DNA from: an uncultured bacterium
GTDB lineage: Bacteria > Verrucomicrobiota > Kiritimatiellia > RFP12 > UBA1067
Assembly: GCA_902775595.1 (NCBI GenBank)
Contig: CACYNF010000004.1
Span: forward strand, 1-55,998
Length of the DNA: 55,998 bases
Reading direction: 5' to 3'
Shown here: positions 34,318 through 44,113 of the stretch, one piece after another
Layout: each line of letters begins with the position of its first letter
Position numbering within the stretch: position 1 is the first letter of the stretch
Translations under genes and position numbers: made by a program
The notes under the pieces: generated by a model
The model's database searches: none
Seen by the model: the letters and a program-made list of their open reading frames with translations, nothing else
Told to the model about the DNA's origin: nothing

Positions 34318-35511
34318 ATGCACTTCTGGGGAATAACCGGCACGAACGGCAAGACCACCACCGCGTGGGTCTTCGCCGAGTTCGTAAATGCTTGGGGCGC
34401 CCAGCTTCGAGCCCGGGAGCGAGTGAGCGAGGCGGAAAGAGCAGACGGGCGAGCTCCGCTCTGCGGATACATTACTACCGTCGAGGCGTTTGACGGGGTG
34501 CGGCATTTCTACACCGGCTACACGACGCCGCCGCTCGCGCAGCTTAAGGAGATATACGCCGCGATGGAGGCGAACGGCTGCACCGACTGCGTGATGGAGG
34601 TCTCCTCGCATGCGATCCACCAGAACCGCGTCGGATTTGGCGAGGTCACCTCCTTTTCCGGCGGCGCGTTCACGAACATTTCGGAAGACCACCTTGACTA
34701 CCACAAGACGATGGAGGAGTACTTCCGCGTCAAGCTTTCGTTCGCGGAGCAGATCGCGCGGGGGAATCCATCCGGCAGGAAGGCGCCTTTCGCCGTCTGC
34801 ATCGACGGCGAAGGCGGCGAGAGAATGTACGAGGCATGCCGCGGAATTCCCGGACTGGACGCCTTCCCGGTCACGGCAAAACCCCCTGCATTCGACTTTT
34901 CGGGGCTGCAGCTCGTCGGAGACTACAACAAGTCAAACGTTGCGCTCGCCGCAGCGCTCGCCCTTGTCGCCGGCGTTCCGTACGATGCCATACAGCGCAC
35001 GATTCCGCTGCTGCGTCCGCGCTGGGGTCGGCTTGAGCTTGTCGAGAACCCGAGCGTCAAGGCGAAGGTCTATGTCGATTTTGCCCACACGCCCGACGGT
35101 CTTGAAAAAGTCCTTTCGGCCGCGCGCGGCTTCACGCCTCATGACGGCCGACTCTGGGTCGTCTTCGGCGCAGGCGGCGACCGCGATCCGATGAAGCGCC
35201 CTCTCATGGGCGAGGCCTGCGCCAGACTCGCCGACTCACTCGTCGTCACGAGCGACAACCCCAGGAGCGAAGACCCGGCGACGATCATCGACGCGATCGT
35301 CGCAGGCGTCGACCGCGCTGCGGCGCGTCCCCGGCTCGTCCGCATAGAGCCCGACAGACGCGAGGCGATCTTCTTCGCGCTCGCGAACGCCGCCTCGCGC
35401 GACGTCGTGATTATCGCGGGCAAGGGGCACGAGACGACGCAGGAGATCAAGGGAGTCAAGCATCCGTTCGATGACCGCGAGGTCGTCAGGTCCTTCTCGC
35501 ATATGGTATAA
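34318..35511 (+). CDS. murE: UDP-MurNAc-tripeptide synthetase lacking the N-terminal domain
   Basis: GITGTNGKTTT, MEVSSH, DHLDYH, DFAHTPD, DNPR, AGKGHE. Confidence 0.9.
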   Translation: MHFWGITGTNGKTTTAWVFAEFVNAWGAQLRARERVSEAERADGRAPLCGYITTVEAFDGVRHFYTGYTTPPLAQLKEIYAAMEANGCTDCVMEVSSHAIHQNRVGFGEVTSFSGGAFTNISEDHLDYHKTMEEYFRVKLSFAEQIARGNPSGRKAPFAVCIDGEGGERMYEACRGIPGLDAFPVTAKPPAFDFSGLQLVGDYNKSNVALAAALALVAGVPYDAIQRTIPLLRPRWGRLELVENPSVKAKVYVDFAHTPDGLEKVLSAARGFTPHDGRLWVVFGAGGDRDPMKRPLMGEACARLADSLVVTSDNPRSEDPATIIDAIVAGVDRAAARPRLVRIEPDRREAIFFALANAASRDVVIIAGKGHETTQEIKGVKHPFDDREVVRSFSHMV

Positions 35512-35519
35512 TCCCAAAT

Positions 35520-36365
35520 ATGAACACCGTCGAAAAACTGGCCGGCCTCATTCGCGAGACAAGCTCGTCTCTCCCCGAGGATGTCGAATCTGCGCTCGCG
35601 AAGGCGAAGCGCCGCGAACAGGGCGGCTCGTCCGCGTCCGTCGTCCTCGGGACGGTTCTCGACAACGTGCGCCTCGCGCGGAAGCTCGGCTCGCCGCTCT
35701 GCCAGGACACCGGGACTCTCGCGTTCTACATCGACGCGTCGCTTCGCCGCAAGGTCTCGCCCGCTGTCGTCAAGAAGGCCGTCGCGCTTGCGACCACGCG
35801 CGGGTATCTGCGAAAGAACTGCATCGACTCCGTCACCGGCAAGTCCTACGACGACAACTGCGCGGACGGGGCTCCCGTGATCCACTATGTCGACTGGGTC
35901 GAAAAAGGGTGCGTCAGACTCGTGCTGAAGGGCGGCGGAAGCGAGAACATGTCTCGCCAGTATTCGCTTCCCGACTCCACGCTCGGCGCGGGACGCGACA
36001 TCGCCGGCGTAAGGAAGTGCATACTCGACGCGGTGGTGAAGGCGCAGGGCTTCGGCTGCGCACCGGGGATTCTCGGCGTCTGCATCGGCGGCGACCGCGC
36101 GACGGCGTATGAAGTCGCGAAGGAGCAGCTTCTCCGTTCGCTCGACGCCTCGGGCGAGTCTTCCGACGCGGTGCTCCGCAGGCTCGAGAAGTCGATCCTC
36201 AGGGAATCTAACTCGCTCGGGATAGGCCCGATGGGGCTTGGCGGAAAGACTACGCTGCTCGGCGTCAGGATTGCGTCGCGCCCGCGCGTCCCGGCGAGCT
36301 TTTTCGTGACTGTCGCCTACATGTGCTGGGCGTGCAGGAGGGGGAGTTTGAAGTTTAAAGTTTGA
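35520..36365 (+). CDS. Fe-S fumarate hydratase/tartrate dehydratase alpha subunit
   Basis: PLCQDTG, KGGGSEN, GIGPMGLGG, MCWACR. Confidence 0.9.
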   Translation: MNTVEKLAGLIRETSSSLPEDVESALAKAKRREQGGSSASVVLGTVLDNVRLARKLGSPLCQDTGTLAFYIDASLRRKVSPAVVKKAVALATTRGYLRKNCIDSVTGKSYDDNCADGAPVIHYVDWVEKGCVRLVLKGGGSENMSRQYSLPDSTLGAGRDIAGVRKCILDAVVKAQGFGCAPGILGVCIGGDRATAYEVAKEQLLRSLDASGESSDAVLRRLEKSILRESNSLGIGPMGLGGKTTLLGVRIASRPRVPASFFVTVAYMCWACRRGSLKFKV

Positions 36366-36371
36366 AGTTGG
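36344..36371 (-). repeat. Heptamer tandem repeat (AACTTYA type)
   Basis: gagtttg aagttta aagtttg aagttgg; reverse complement of the 54818-54859 unit. Confidence 0.6.
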
Positions 36372-36398
36372 AGCTGAAAAACGACGGGAGGTCGGCTG

Positions 36399-39300
36399 AT
36401 GAAGAAACTGTCTGCTCGATGGATGTGCGCGCTTGCCGCGGCGCTCGCCGCGGGAGGCCTTTCCGCGGCCTGGGTTGACGCGAACGCCGGAAGCACCGAC
36501 GAAGGCGCTCCGTCCGGCGGGTCGCGCAACGGCGTTGTTGCCGACGCGATTCCGTTCAGCACGCGAGGGAGCTACTACACCGTGGACTACGTCGGCCCGG
36601 ACTCGGCGCGGCCGGAGCGGCTTCCCGGCGTGTGGGTCCAGACGATGGCAACCGAGGCGAGCGAGCGTTTCGTCGCGCGGCTTGTCCCCTATGTCGACGG
36701 ACGCCCCGTCGAGGACGTGAAGTTCGAGTGCCGTCCGTGGTCGGCGCGCATTGTCACTCCTTCGGGCGCGATCGCCATCTGCTTCGCCGATCCGCGCACG
36801 CTGCTGCTCCGCGGCGATTCCGCCGCGCTCTCGCTCAAGATCGACTTCCACCTTCCCGCGCCGTACCAGCCGATCTACGAAGTGCCCGTGCGCGGCGGCG
36901 GCAAGGCGGTGCTGGCCAACGGCTTCAAGAACGCCGCGAAGTTCCTTCTCGACGTAAGGAGCGGGACGGGCGAGGTCGACTGCGAGTGGGGTGGCCGCAA
37001 CGCGAAGACGAGCGCGCTTTTCGTCCGTCCGGAGGGTGGCCTTCCGCTCGAGCTCTCGATCAGGGATGTCGCGCCGGAATGGGACGGTTCGCTGCCGAAG
37101 GCCGCCTTCGACGAGTCCGCGAAGGCGCGACGCGCAGAGTTCGAGGGCTTTCTCGCGCGGTTGCCGTCCGTCGCGCCCAAGTACTCCGCCGCGCGCGAAC
37201 GCGCCGCGCATCTCCTCTGGTCCGCGGCGGTTGCGCCGCGCGGGTACATACGCCGCGAGTCGATTCTCATGTCGAAGCTCTGGATGAACAGCGTCTGGAG
37301 CTGGGACCATGCGTTCAACGCGATATGCCTCGCCGATACTGACTTCGACCTCGCCTGGGACCAGCTCATGTGCGTCTTCGACAACCAGGATGCGAGCGGC
37401 CAGGTTCCCGACGCGACGAGCGACGGAGCTGTCGTGTTCTCGTTCGTGAAGCCGCCGATCCACGGCTGGGCGCTGCGCCGCATGATGCGCGGCCGCGAGA
37501 TACCGCGTCCAAAGCTCGAGGAGGCGTACGCCCGCCTTTCGGCCGTGACGCGCTGGTGGTTCGAGCGGCGAGACCGCGACGGGAACGGCCTTGCGGAATA
37601 CGACCACGGCAACGACTCGGGCTGGGACAACTCGACGGCGTTCCTGATGCTGCCGCCGGTCGAGACGCCGGAGCTCCAGGCCTACCTCGCCGTGCAGATG
37701 GACGTGCTCGCCGATGTCGCCGAAAAACTTGGACGCGCGGACGAGGCGGCCGTCTGGCGCGAACGCGCGAAGGCGCTTGCCGCCAAGACGGAGAAGCTGC
37801 TCTTCGACGACAAGGGCCGCCCGCTCGTCAGGCAGGTCGCGACCGGGAAGACCGCCTCGCCGCCGACGCTTCAGACGCGGCTTGCGATGCTGGCCGGCGA
37901 TCTTTTCTCCGAGAAGGTGCGGCGCGAGCTTTCGCGCGAAGTGCGCGAGGAGGGCTACGGCATGGGGCACTCCCTCGCGTCGGAGCCCAGGAGCGAGTGG
38001 TTCAGGCGCAACGGGTACTGGCGCGGCCCCGTATGGGCACCGGCCGTGCTGCTCGCCGTCGACGGTCTCCGCGCGTGCGGAGACGAGGATTTCGCGAGGG
38101 AGGCCGCGCGCGAGTTCTGCGACACGGCGTCGAAGTCGAAGTTCGCGGAGAACTTCGACCCGATTTCGGGCGAGCCGCTGTGCGACCCGGCCTACACGTG
38201 GACGGCGTCGGTCTTTCTGGTGCTGGCGCACGAGCTTTCCGAGCCGTGCCGCGACAAGGTTCTGCTTCAGGCGCTTCCCGCGCGCGACTGGCGCGAAGCG
38301 ACGCCGCTCGGCAACGGACGCCTCGGGGCGCTTGTCCACGGCCGCGCTTCCGACGAACGCGTTACGCTCAACCACGAAGCGCTCTACAACTGGGCAGGCC
38401 GCGGCGAGATGCCCGACCTCTCCGCGCTCCTCCCGAAGGTGCGCGCGCTTCTCGCCGAAGGACGTTTCGCCGAGGCGAACCGGCTCTACCCCGACGCGCT
38501 GAAGGCGTCGGGCTACAAGGGCGCGACAGGCAAGTTCTTCCCGGCGTTCGACCTGTGCCTCCGCTGCGGGACCGACGGCGTCTTCCGCGATTACGCGCGC
38601 GAACTCGACATGACGCACGGCGTCTGCACGGTGCGCTGGGCCGACGACGGTGGAGATTGGGAGCGCACTTCGTTCGTCAGCTGCGCGAATGGCGCGGGCG
38701 GTCCTTTCGTCATGCGCGTCCGGCGCGACGGCAGGCCGTTCTCCGCCGAAGTGTCCCTGCCTCGCCACGACCTCATCGACTTTCCGGACTACGGCGGATG
38801 GGACGACTTCTCCGCCGAGGCGGGCGCACGGTCGGTCCTTTCCACCGTGAAGACGCCGGACGGTCTCTCCTTCTGCGGCATGGCGCGCATTCTGTCGACT
38901 GACGGCGAAGTCGCGAAAGTCGAGGGGGCGAAGGGGAAGATTCCGTCGCTCCGCGTCGAATCGGCGCACGAGCTCGTGCTTCTTGTCGATGTCAGGGACA
39001 GTGCGATCTCGTTCGCCGACTTAGAGGCATCGCTCGCGCAGCTCTGCGAAGGTCGCTCGTTCGACGCGCTTCTCGCGGGCCACTCCGCGGAGTTCTCGAA
39101 GCGCTTCTGCGCGGCGACGTTCTCCCTCGGCGCGGCGGATGCGCCGCGCGAGTCGAACGAACGTCTCCTGCTCGACGCCTATGCAAATGCGCCTGACGCG
39201 CGGCTCGTCGAGAAGATGGCCGACTTCGGGCGCTATCTTCTCCTCTCGTCCTCGGGCTTCGGCTGTGCGCGCCCCGCAAACCTCCAGGGCGTCTGGAACG

Positions 39301-40586
39301 GCGACTATTCGCCTGCATGGGGCGCGACGTACTTCCTTGACGAAAATGTCGCGATGATGTACTGGCAGGCGCTTCGCGGCGGAATGCCCGAGACGCTGCT
39401 GCCTCTTTTCGACCTGCTCGACCGCTGGAAGGACGACTTCCGGACGAACGCTCGGCGGCTCTGGGGCTGCCGCGGACTCGTTTTGCCCCTCTATATGGGC
39501 GACCGCGGCGGGCTCAAGGGCGACTTTCAGCCGCACTGCGTATACTGGACCGGCGCGGGAGCGTGGATTGCCTCGTTCCACTGGGACTACTGGCTCTGGA
39601 CGGGTGACCGCGCGTTTCTTCGCGACCGTGCGTGGCCGTTTCTGCGCGAAGTCGCGCTCTTCTACGAGGACTTTCTCTACGAGGGTCCCGACGGGCTGCT
39701 TCACGCCGCGCCAGCGGTCTCGCCTGAGAATTCGCCCGTCGTCGAAGGCGGCGCGAAGGTCGACGTATGCGTAGATCCGACGATGGAGATCGCGCTCGTG
39801 CGCGAACTTCTGAACCACGCGCTTGCCGCCGCCGCGGAGCTCGGGATCGACGACGCGCAGACCGCGCGCTGGCGCGCGATGCTCGCGAAGCTCCCGCCCT
39901 ACAGGACGAACGAGCGCGGCGCTCTTCGCGAATGGCTCGACCCGCGTTTCGGCGACAACGACCACCACCGCCATCTCTCGCATCTCTATCCGCTCTTCCC
40001 AGGGCGCGAGATCGCGCCGCACCGCGATGCCGCGCTCTTCGCGGCCGCGAAGAAGGCTACGGAGGCGCGGCTTGCGACTGGGCTGCCCGACCAGACGGGG
40101 TGGAGTCTCGCGCACATGGCCTGCGTGTGGGCTCGGCTTGGGGAAGGGGATCGGGCGCTCGGGTGCCTTGAGCAGCTTCTGCGCTGCTGCACTGGCCCCA
40201 ACCTCTTCACCCGCCACAACGACTGGCGTGGCATGGGCGTCACGCTGGAGATGCTGCACGGCACGACTCCGCCCATCCAGCTCGACGCCGCGTACGGTTT
40301 TTCCGCCGCCGTGCAGGAGATGCTGCTCGGCGTGGACGAGTCGTCGCTGCGCATCCTCCCTGCGCTGCCCGCGGCGTGGGAGCGCGGGTCGATGAAGGGC
40401 CTTCGCGCACCAGGCGGAGTCAAAGTCGACGCCTCGTGGGGAAACGGGGAGTGGCAGGCGGCGATTTCGCTTGGCCGAGACTTTCCCGCGCGGGGAATCG
40501 ACGTCTACACGCCGGGCTCCCCCGAACCGCGGCGCGTAGACCTGAAGCCAGGCGACGTTGTCAGGCTGTTCGGTCTTCTGAAGTGA
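36399..40586 (+). CDS. Secreted two-catalytic-domain glycoside hydrolase: GH63/MGH1-like + GH95 alpha-L-fucosidase-like
   Basis: Signal peptide; WSWD, KPPIHGW, DSGWDNS, YWRGPVW, ENFDP; then ALPARDWREATPLGNGRLG, ANLQGVWN, SPEN, HRHLSHL, TGWS, QLDA. Confidence 0.85.
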   Translation: MKKLSARWMCALAAALAAGGLSAAWVDANAGSTDEGAPSGGSRNGVVADAIPFSTRGSYYTVDYVGPDSARPERLPGVWVQTMATEASERFVARLVPYVDGRPVEDVKFECRPWSARIVTPSGAIAICFADPRTLLLRGDSAALSLKIDFHLPAPYQPIYEVPVRGGGKAVLANGFKNAAKFLLDVRSGTGEVDCEWGGRNAKTSALFVRPEGGLPLELSIRDVAPEWDGSLPKAAFDESAKARRAEFEGFLARLPSVAPKYSAARERAAHLLWSAAVAPRGYIRRESILMSKLWMNSVWSWDHAFNAICLADTDFDLAWDQLMCVFDNQDASGQVPDATSDGAVVFSFVKPPIHGWALRRMMRGREIPRPKLEEAYARLSAVTRWWFERRDRDGNGLAEYDHGNDSGWDNSTAFLMLPPVETPELQAYLAVQMDVLADVAEKLGRADEAAVWRERAKALAAKTEKLLFDDKGRPLVRQVATGKTASPPTLQTRLAMLAGDLFSEKVRRELSREVREEGYGMGHSLASEPRSEWFRRNGYWRGPVWAPAVLLAVDGLRACGDEDFAREAAREFCDTASKSKFAENFDPISGEPLCDPAYTWTASVFLVLAHELSEPCRDKVLLQALPARDWREATPLGNGRLGALVHGRASDERVTLNHEALYNWAGRGEMPDLSALLPKVRALLAEGRFAEANRLYPDALKASGYKGATGKFFPAFDLCLRCGTDGVFRDYARELDMTHGVCTVRWADDGGDWERTSFVSCANGAGGPFVMRVRRDGRPFSAEVSLPRHDLIDFPDYGGWDDFSAEAGARSVLSTVKTPDGLSFCGMARILSTDGEVAKVEGAKGKIPSLRVESAHELVLLVDVRDSAISFADLEASLAQLCEGRSFDALLAGHSAEFSKRFCAATFSLGAADAPRESNERLLLDAYANAPDARLVEKMADFGRYLLLSSSGFGCARPANLQGVWNGDYSPAWGATYFLDENVAMMYWQALRGGMPETLLPLFDLLDRWKDDFRTNARRLWGCRGLVLPLYMGDRGGLKGDFQPHCVYWTGAGAWIASFHWDYWLWTGDRAFLRDRAWPFLREVALFYEDFLYEGPDGLLHAAPAVSPENSPVVEGGAKVDVCVDPTMEIALVRELLNHALAAAAELGIDDAQTARWRAMLAKLPPYRTNERGALREWLDPRFGDNDHHRHLSHLYPLFPGREIAPHRDAALFAAAKKATEARLATGLPDQTGWSLAHMACVWARLGEGDRALGCLEQLLRCCTGPNLFTRHNDWRGMGVTLEMLHGTTPPIQLDAAYGFSAAVQEMLLGVDESSLRILPALPAAWERGSMKGLRAPGGVKVDASWGNGEWQAAISLGRDFPARGIDVYTPGSPEPRRVDLKPGDVVRLFGLLK

Positions 40587-40655
40587 AACGTCGATTCCGG
40601 CCGAGGGGTATGCGAACGAAAATATGGTATAATCACAGGCAGGGCAGATTCGCAG

Positions 40656-41222
40656 ATGAAAGAGCTTACATATCCGTTTGACGAGAGGCAGATCCGCGCG
40701 CTGAAGGCAGGCGACGCGGTCGAGATTTCGGGGCTTGTCCACACCGGTCGCGACAAGTTCCACAAGTTCTTCGCCGACGGCGGGAAGATAGCCGTCGATT
40801 TCCGCGACGGTGCACTCTACCACTGCGGACCGGTGTGCGTTAAGGCGGGTGACGGCTGGAGGGTCGTCTCGGCAGGACCGACGACGAGCGTGAGGGAGAA
40901 TCCCTACGAACCGAAGTTCATCGCCTCGTCCGGCGTTCGCATCATCATCGGGAAGGGCGGTATGGACGCGGCGACTCTCGCCGCGATGAAGAAGCACGGC
41001 TGCGTCTATGTCCAGGCCGTCGGCGGAGCGGGTGCGCTCTATGCGGCGTCTGTGAAGCGTGTCGCGGGCGTTGACCTCTTTGAGGAATTCGGCGCGGCCG
41101 AGGCGTGCTGGCATTTCGAGGTCGAGGGCTTCCGCGGCGTAGTCGCGATGGACGCGCACGGGAATTCGCTATTCGACAAGGTAGCGTCGGCCTCGGACGC
41201 GCTGCTTAGGGAAATTCTCTGA
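40656..41222 (+). CDS. Fe-S fumarate hydratase/tartrate dehydratase beta subunit
   Basis: TGRD, YHCGP, AGPTTS, IGKGG, MDAHGNSL. Confidence 0.9.
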   Translation: MKELTYPFDERQIRALKAGDAVEISGLVHTGRDKFHKFFADGGKIAVDFRDGALYHCGPVCVKAGDGWRVVSAGPTTSVRENPYEPKFIASSGVRIIIGKGGMDAATLAAMKKHGCVYVQAVGGAGALYAASVKRVAGVDLFEEFGAAEACWHFEVEGFRGVVAMDAHGNSLFDKVASASDALLREIL

Positions 41223-41401
41223 CTCGGCGTTCTACGTCCTGGACGTGTCCCGCGAGGGTGCCCTGTGTCCCCGACTCAAGCATCAGCTTCGTTCGGCTGA
41301 ATATGGCCGGAGGGTTCGTCTGCGATTTAGCGGGGCCGGCATTCGCCGGCCCCGCCGTATTCGGGACGGCAACAATAGCGCGTCCCGTCTTGGATTCGTC
41401 C

Positions 41402-41617
41402 TTACTTCGCGAGCGAATCGACGGCCTTGCCGGCTTCGTCTGCGGCCTTGTCGGCAGCTTTGTCCGCGTCCTTTGCGGCCTTGTCGGCGGCCTTCGAGAG
41501 GTCCTTGCCGGCCTGCTCCATCTTTTCGGAGAGCGTGGGCTCCTTCTTCTCGCATCCGGTGAAGAGGACGGAGGAAGCGAGAGCGGCCGCGACTGCGGCG
41601 ACATACATGCACTTCAT
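41402..41617 (-). CDS. Small Ala/Lys/Asp-rich lipoprotein
   Basis: Lipobox LFTGC; AAGGA RBS; TGGTATAAT upstream (41680-41688, minus strand). Confidence 0.75.
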   Translation of the reverse strand: MKCMYVAAVAAALASSVLFTGCEKKEPTLSEKMEQAGKDLSKAADKAAKDADKAADKAADEAGKAVDSLAK

Positions 41618-41763
41618 TTTTGTTTTCCTTTCGATTGCGAGCCGTGGCGGACACTGTGTCCGTTCCGTGCAGGCGCGAGTATTATACCATATTCCGGCCC
41701 CGGCTTTCCCGCCGCAAGGCAGTCATGCAGCATAGCGGCAGGATTTGGTATAATATCCCAATC

Positions 41764-43497
41764 ATGAAATGGACCAAGTCTCTCATCCAGACGCTCCGGG
41801 AAAATCCCGGTGACGCAGAAATCGACTCTCACAAGCTCCTTATCCGCGCGGGGCTCGCGCGCAAGGTCGCAGGCGGGCTCTATGCCTACCTGCCGCTCGG
41901 GATGCGCTCGCTGAGGAAAATCCAGCAGATAGTCCGAGAGGAGATGGACCGTGCCGGCGCGCTCGAGATCGTCTCGCCTATCCTCCAGCCGGCGGAGCTC
42001 TGGCGCACCACGGGACGCTGGGACACGATGGGTCCGAACATGTTCAAGCTCCGCGACCGCGGCGAGCACGAGTTCGCGCTCGGTCCGACGGCCGAGGAGG
42101 TCTTCACCGACCTCGCGAAGTCGCTCATCAGCTCCTACCGCCAGCTGCCCGTCACGATCTACCAGATCCAGTGGAAGTTCCGCGATGAGACGCGCCCGAG
42201 GTTCGGGCTCATGCGCTCCAAGGAATTTCTGATGAAGGACGCGTACTCCTTCGACGTCGACGCGGATGGCGCCGACAAGAGCTACTGGAACATGTACCAC
42301 GCCTACGAGCGCATCTACGAGCGCTGCGGGCTCAAGGCCGTCCCCGTGCAGGCCGACGGCGGCGACATGGGCGACTCCATGACGCACGAGTTCCACGTAC
42401 TCGCCGACGCGGGAGAGGACGGCATTGCCTTCTGCGAGGGCTGCGGCTACGCGGCGAACCTCGAGAAGGCGGAGCGCAGGGTCGCGCCGCGCGCAGACGC
42501 CGACTGCCCCGCGTACGAAGAGGTCCACACTCCCGGCGCGAAGACGATCGACCAGGTCGCCGCGTTCATGGGCCTTCCGGGGTCCGCGTTCGTCAAGTCG
42601 CTTATATACTCCGCCGACGGAAAGCCAGTCATGGTGTGCGTAGAGGGTGATCGCGACGTCAACGACGTGAAGCTCAAGCGCTTCCTCGGCGCCAAGAAGG
42701 TCGAGCTCGCGGACTTCGAGACGGTGCTCAGGGCCTCCGGCGCGAACGCGGGGTCCGTCGGCCCCGTAAAGCCGGCGGACGCCTCCCTCCGCATCGTCTG
42801 CGACATCGCGCTCAAGGGCGCGAAGGGACGCATCGTCGGCGCGAACAAGGACGACTACCACCTCAAGAACGTCGACCTTGCGCGCGACTGCAATATCGCG
42901 GACGCGGACTTTGCGGACCTCGTCATCGCGAAGGAAGGCGACATCTGCGCGAAGTGCGGCAAGCCGATGGCGATCAAGCGCGGCATCGAGGTCGGGCAGG
43001 TCTTCAAGCTTGGCACGAAGTACTCCGCCGCGTTCAACGCCGTCTACAAGAACGACAAGCTCGAGGACCACGTCATGATCATGGGCTGCTACGGCGTCGG
43101 CGTTTCCCGCACCCTGCAGGCCGTCATCGAGCAGAGCCATGACAAGGACGGGATCGTCTGGCCCGCGTCCGTCGCGCCGTACCAGGTCGTCGTCGAAAAC
43201 CTCGATCCCGACAAGGAGGAGGTCACGAAGATCGCCGACGACCTCGAGTCTGCGCTCGAGGCGGCTGGAATCGACGTAATCGTCGACGACCGCGCGGAGC
43301 GTCCCGGCGTCAAATTCAAGGACGCCGACCTGATCGGCTTCCCCGTCCGCGTCGTAGTCGGCGCCAAGGGGCTTGCCAACGGCGGCGTAGAGATCAAGCG
43401 CCGCTGCGACGACAAGTCGAAGATGCAGATCGTCGCGCCAGACGCGGCCCTCGAGGCGATCAAGGCGCTGCTTGGAGATCCCGCCGTCAGGACTTGA
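41764..43497 (+). CDS. proS: Proline--tRNA ligase
   Basis: SHKLLIRAG, LGPTAEE, KFRDETRPRFG, GIEVGQVFKLG, MGCYGVG. Confidence 0.97.
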   Translation: MKWTKSLIQTLRENPGDAEIDSHKLLIRAGLARKVAGGLYAYLPLGMRSLRKIQQIVREEMDRAGALEIVSPILQPAELWRTTGRWDTMGPNMFKLRDRGEHEFALGPTAEEVFTDLAKSLISSYRQLPVTIYQIQWKFRDETRPRFGLMRSKEFLMKDAYSFDVDADGADKSYWNMYHAYERIYERCGLKAVPVQADGGDMGDSMTHEFHVLADAGEDGIAFCEGCGYAANLEKAERRVAPRADADCPAYEEVHTPGAKTIDQVAAFMGLPGSAFVKSLIYSADGKPVMVCVEGDRDVNDVKLKRFLGAKKVELADFETVLRASGANAGSVGPVKPADASLRIVCDIALKGAKGRIVGANKDDYHLKNVDLARDCNIADADFADLVIAKEGDICAKCGKPMAIKRGIEVGQVFKLGTKYSAAFNAVYKNDKLEDHVMIMGCYGVGVSRTLQAVIEQSHDKDGIVWPASVAPYQVVVENLDPDKEEVTKIADDLESALEAAGIDVIVDDRAERPGVKFKDADLIGFPVRVVVGAKGLANGGVEIKRRCDDKSKMQIVAPDAALEAIKALLGDPAVRT

Positions 43498-44113
43498 GGA
43501 TCTGCTTGCGGAGCGCAAGGGCGACGGCTTCGGAGCGGTTCGACACTCCGAGGCGCGCGAAGATCGTCGACAGCTGCTTCTTGATCGTGATCTCCGACAG
43601 TCCGTATTGCTTGGCGATGTCGGAGTTTGACTGGCCTTGTGCGACTGAGGACAGTATCTCGAGATGACGGTCGGAGAGCTTCGGGGTTATGTTGTCCTCC
43701 GCCGCCTGCCTCATCAGCCGCTCGGGGATCAGGCGCTTGCCTGCGACGATGTTGCGGATTGCGCCGATAAGTTCGTCTGCGGCCGTGTCCTTCATCAACG
43801 CGCCGTCTGCGCCGTTCATGATGGCGTCGGACATTTCCTTTGAAGTGGCGAAGGATGTAAGGACCATTATCTTGATCTCGGGATAGGCGTCGTGGATGAG
43901 CTTGGTCGCCTCGGCGCCGCTCAGCTCCGGCATCATCAGGTCCATGATGACGATGTCGGGTTTAAGCGCATGTGCGAGCTCCACTGCCTGGCGTCCGTTT
44001 TTGGCCTCTCCCACGATCTTCATGTCCTCTTCGCAGTCGATCAGTGTCGAGAGGCCCATGCGCATGAGCATGTGGTCGTCGGCAAGCATGATTCTGATTT
44101 GCGCTTTTTTCAT
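43487..44113 (-). CDS. NarL/LuxR-family response regulator
   Basis: LADDH, MDLMMP receiver domain; LSDR..EIL...GQSNSDIA HTH. Confidence 0.93.
   Translation of the reverse strand: MKKAQIRIMLADDHMLMRMGLSTLIDCEEDMKIVGEAKNGRQAVELAHALKPDIVIMDLMMPELSGAEATKLIHDAYPEIKIMVLTSFATSKEMSDAIMNGADGALMKDTAADELIGAIRNIVAGKRLIPERLMRQAAEDNITPKLSDRHLEILSSVAQGQSNSDIAKQYGLSEITIKKQLSTIFARLGVSNRSEAVALALRKQILKS

Noticed and set aside
35139-41159. 1276-aa and 712-aa minus-strand ORFs
   Set aside because: Antisense shadows of the murE, fumarase and glycoside hydrolase genes; Arg-rich and non-protein-like.
41614-43518. 634-aa minus-strand ORF
   Set aside because: Antisense to the clearly recognisable proS.
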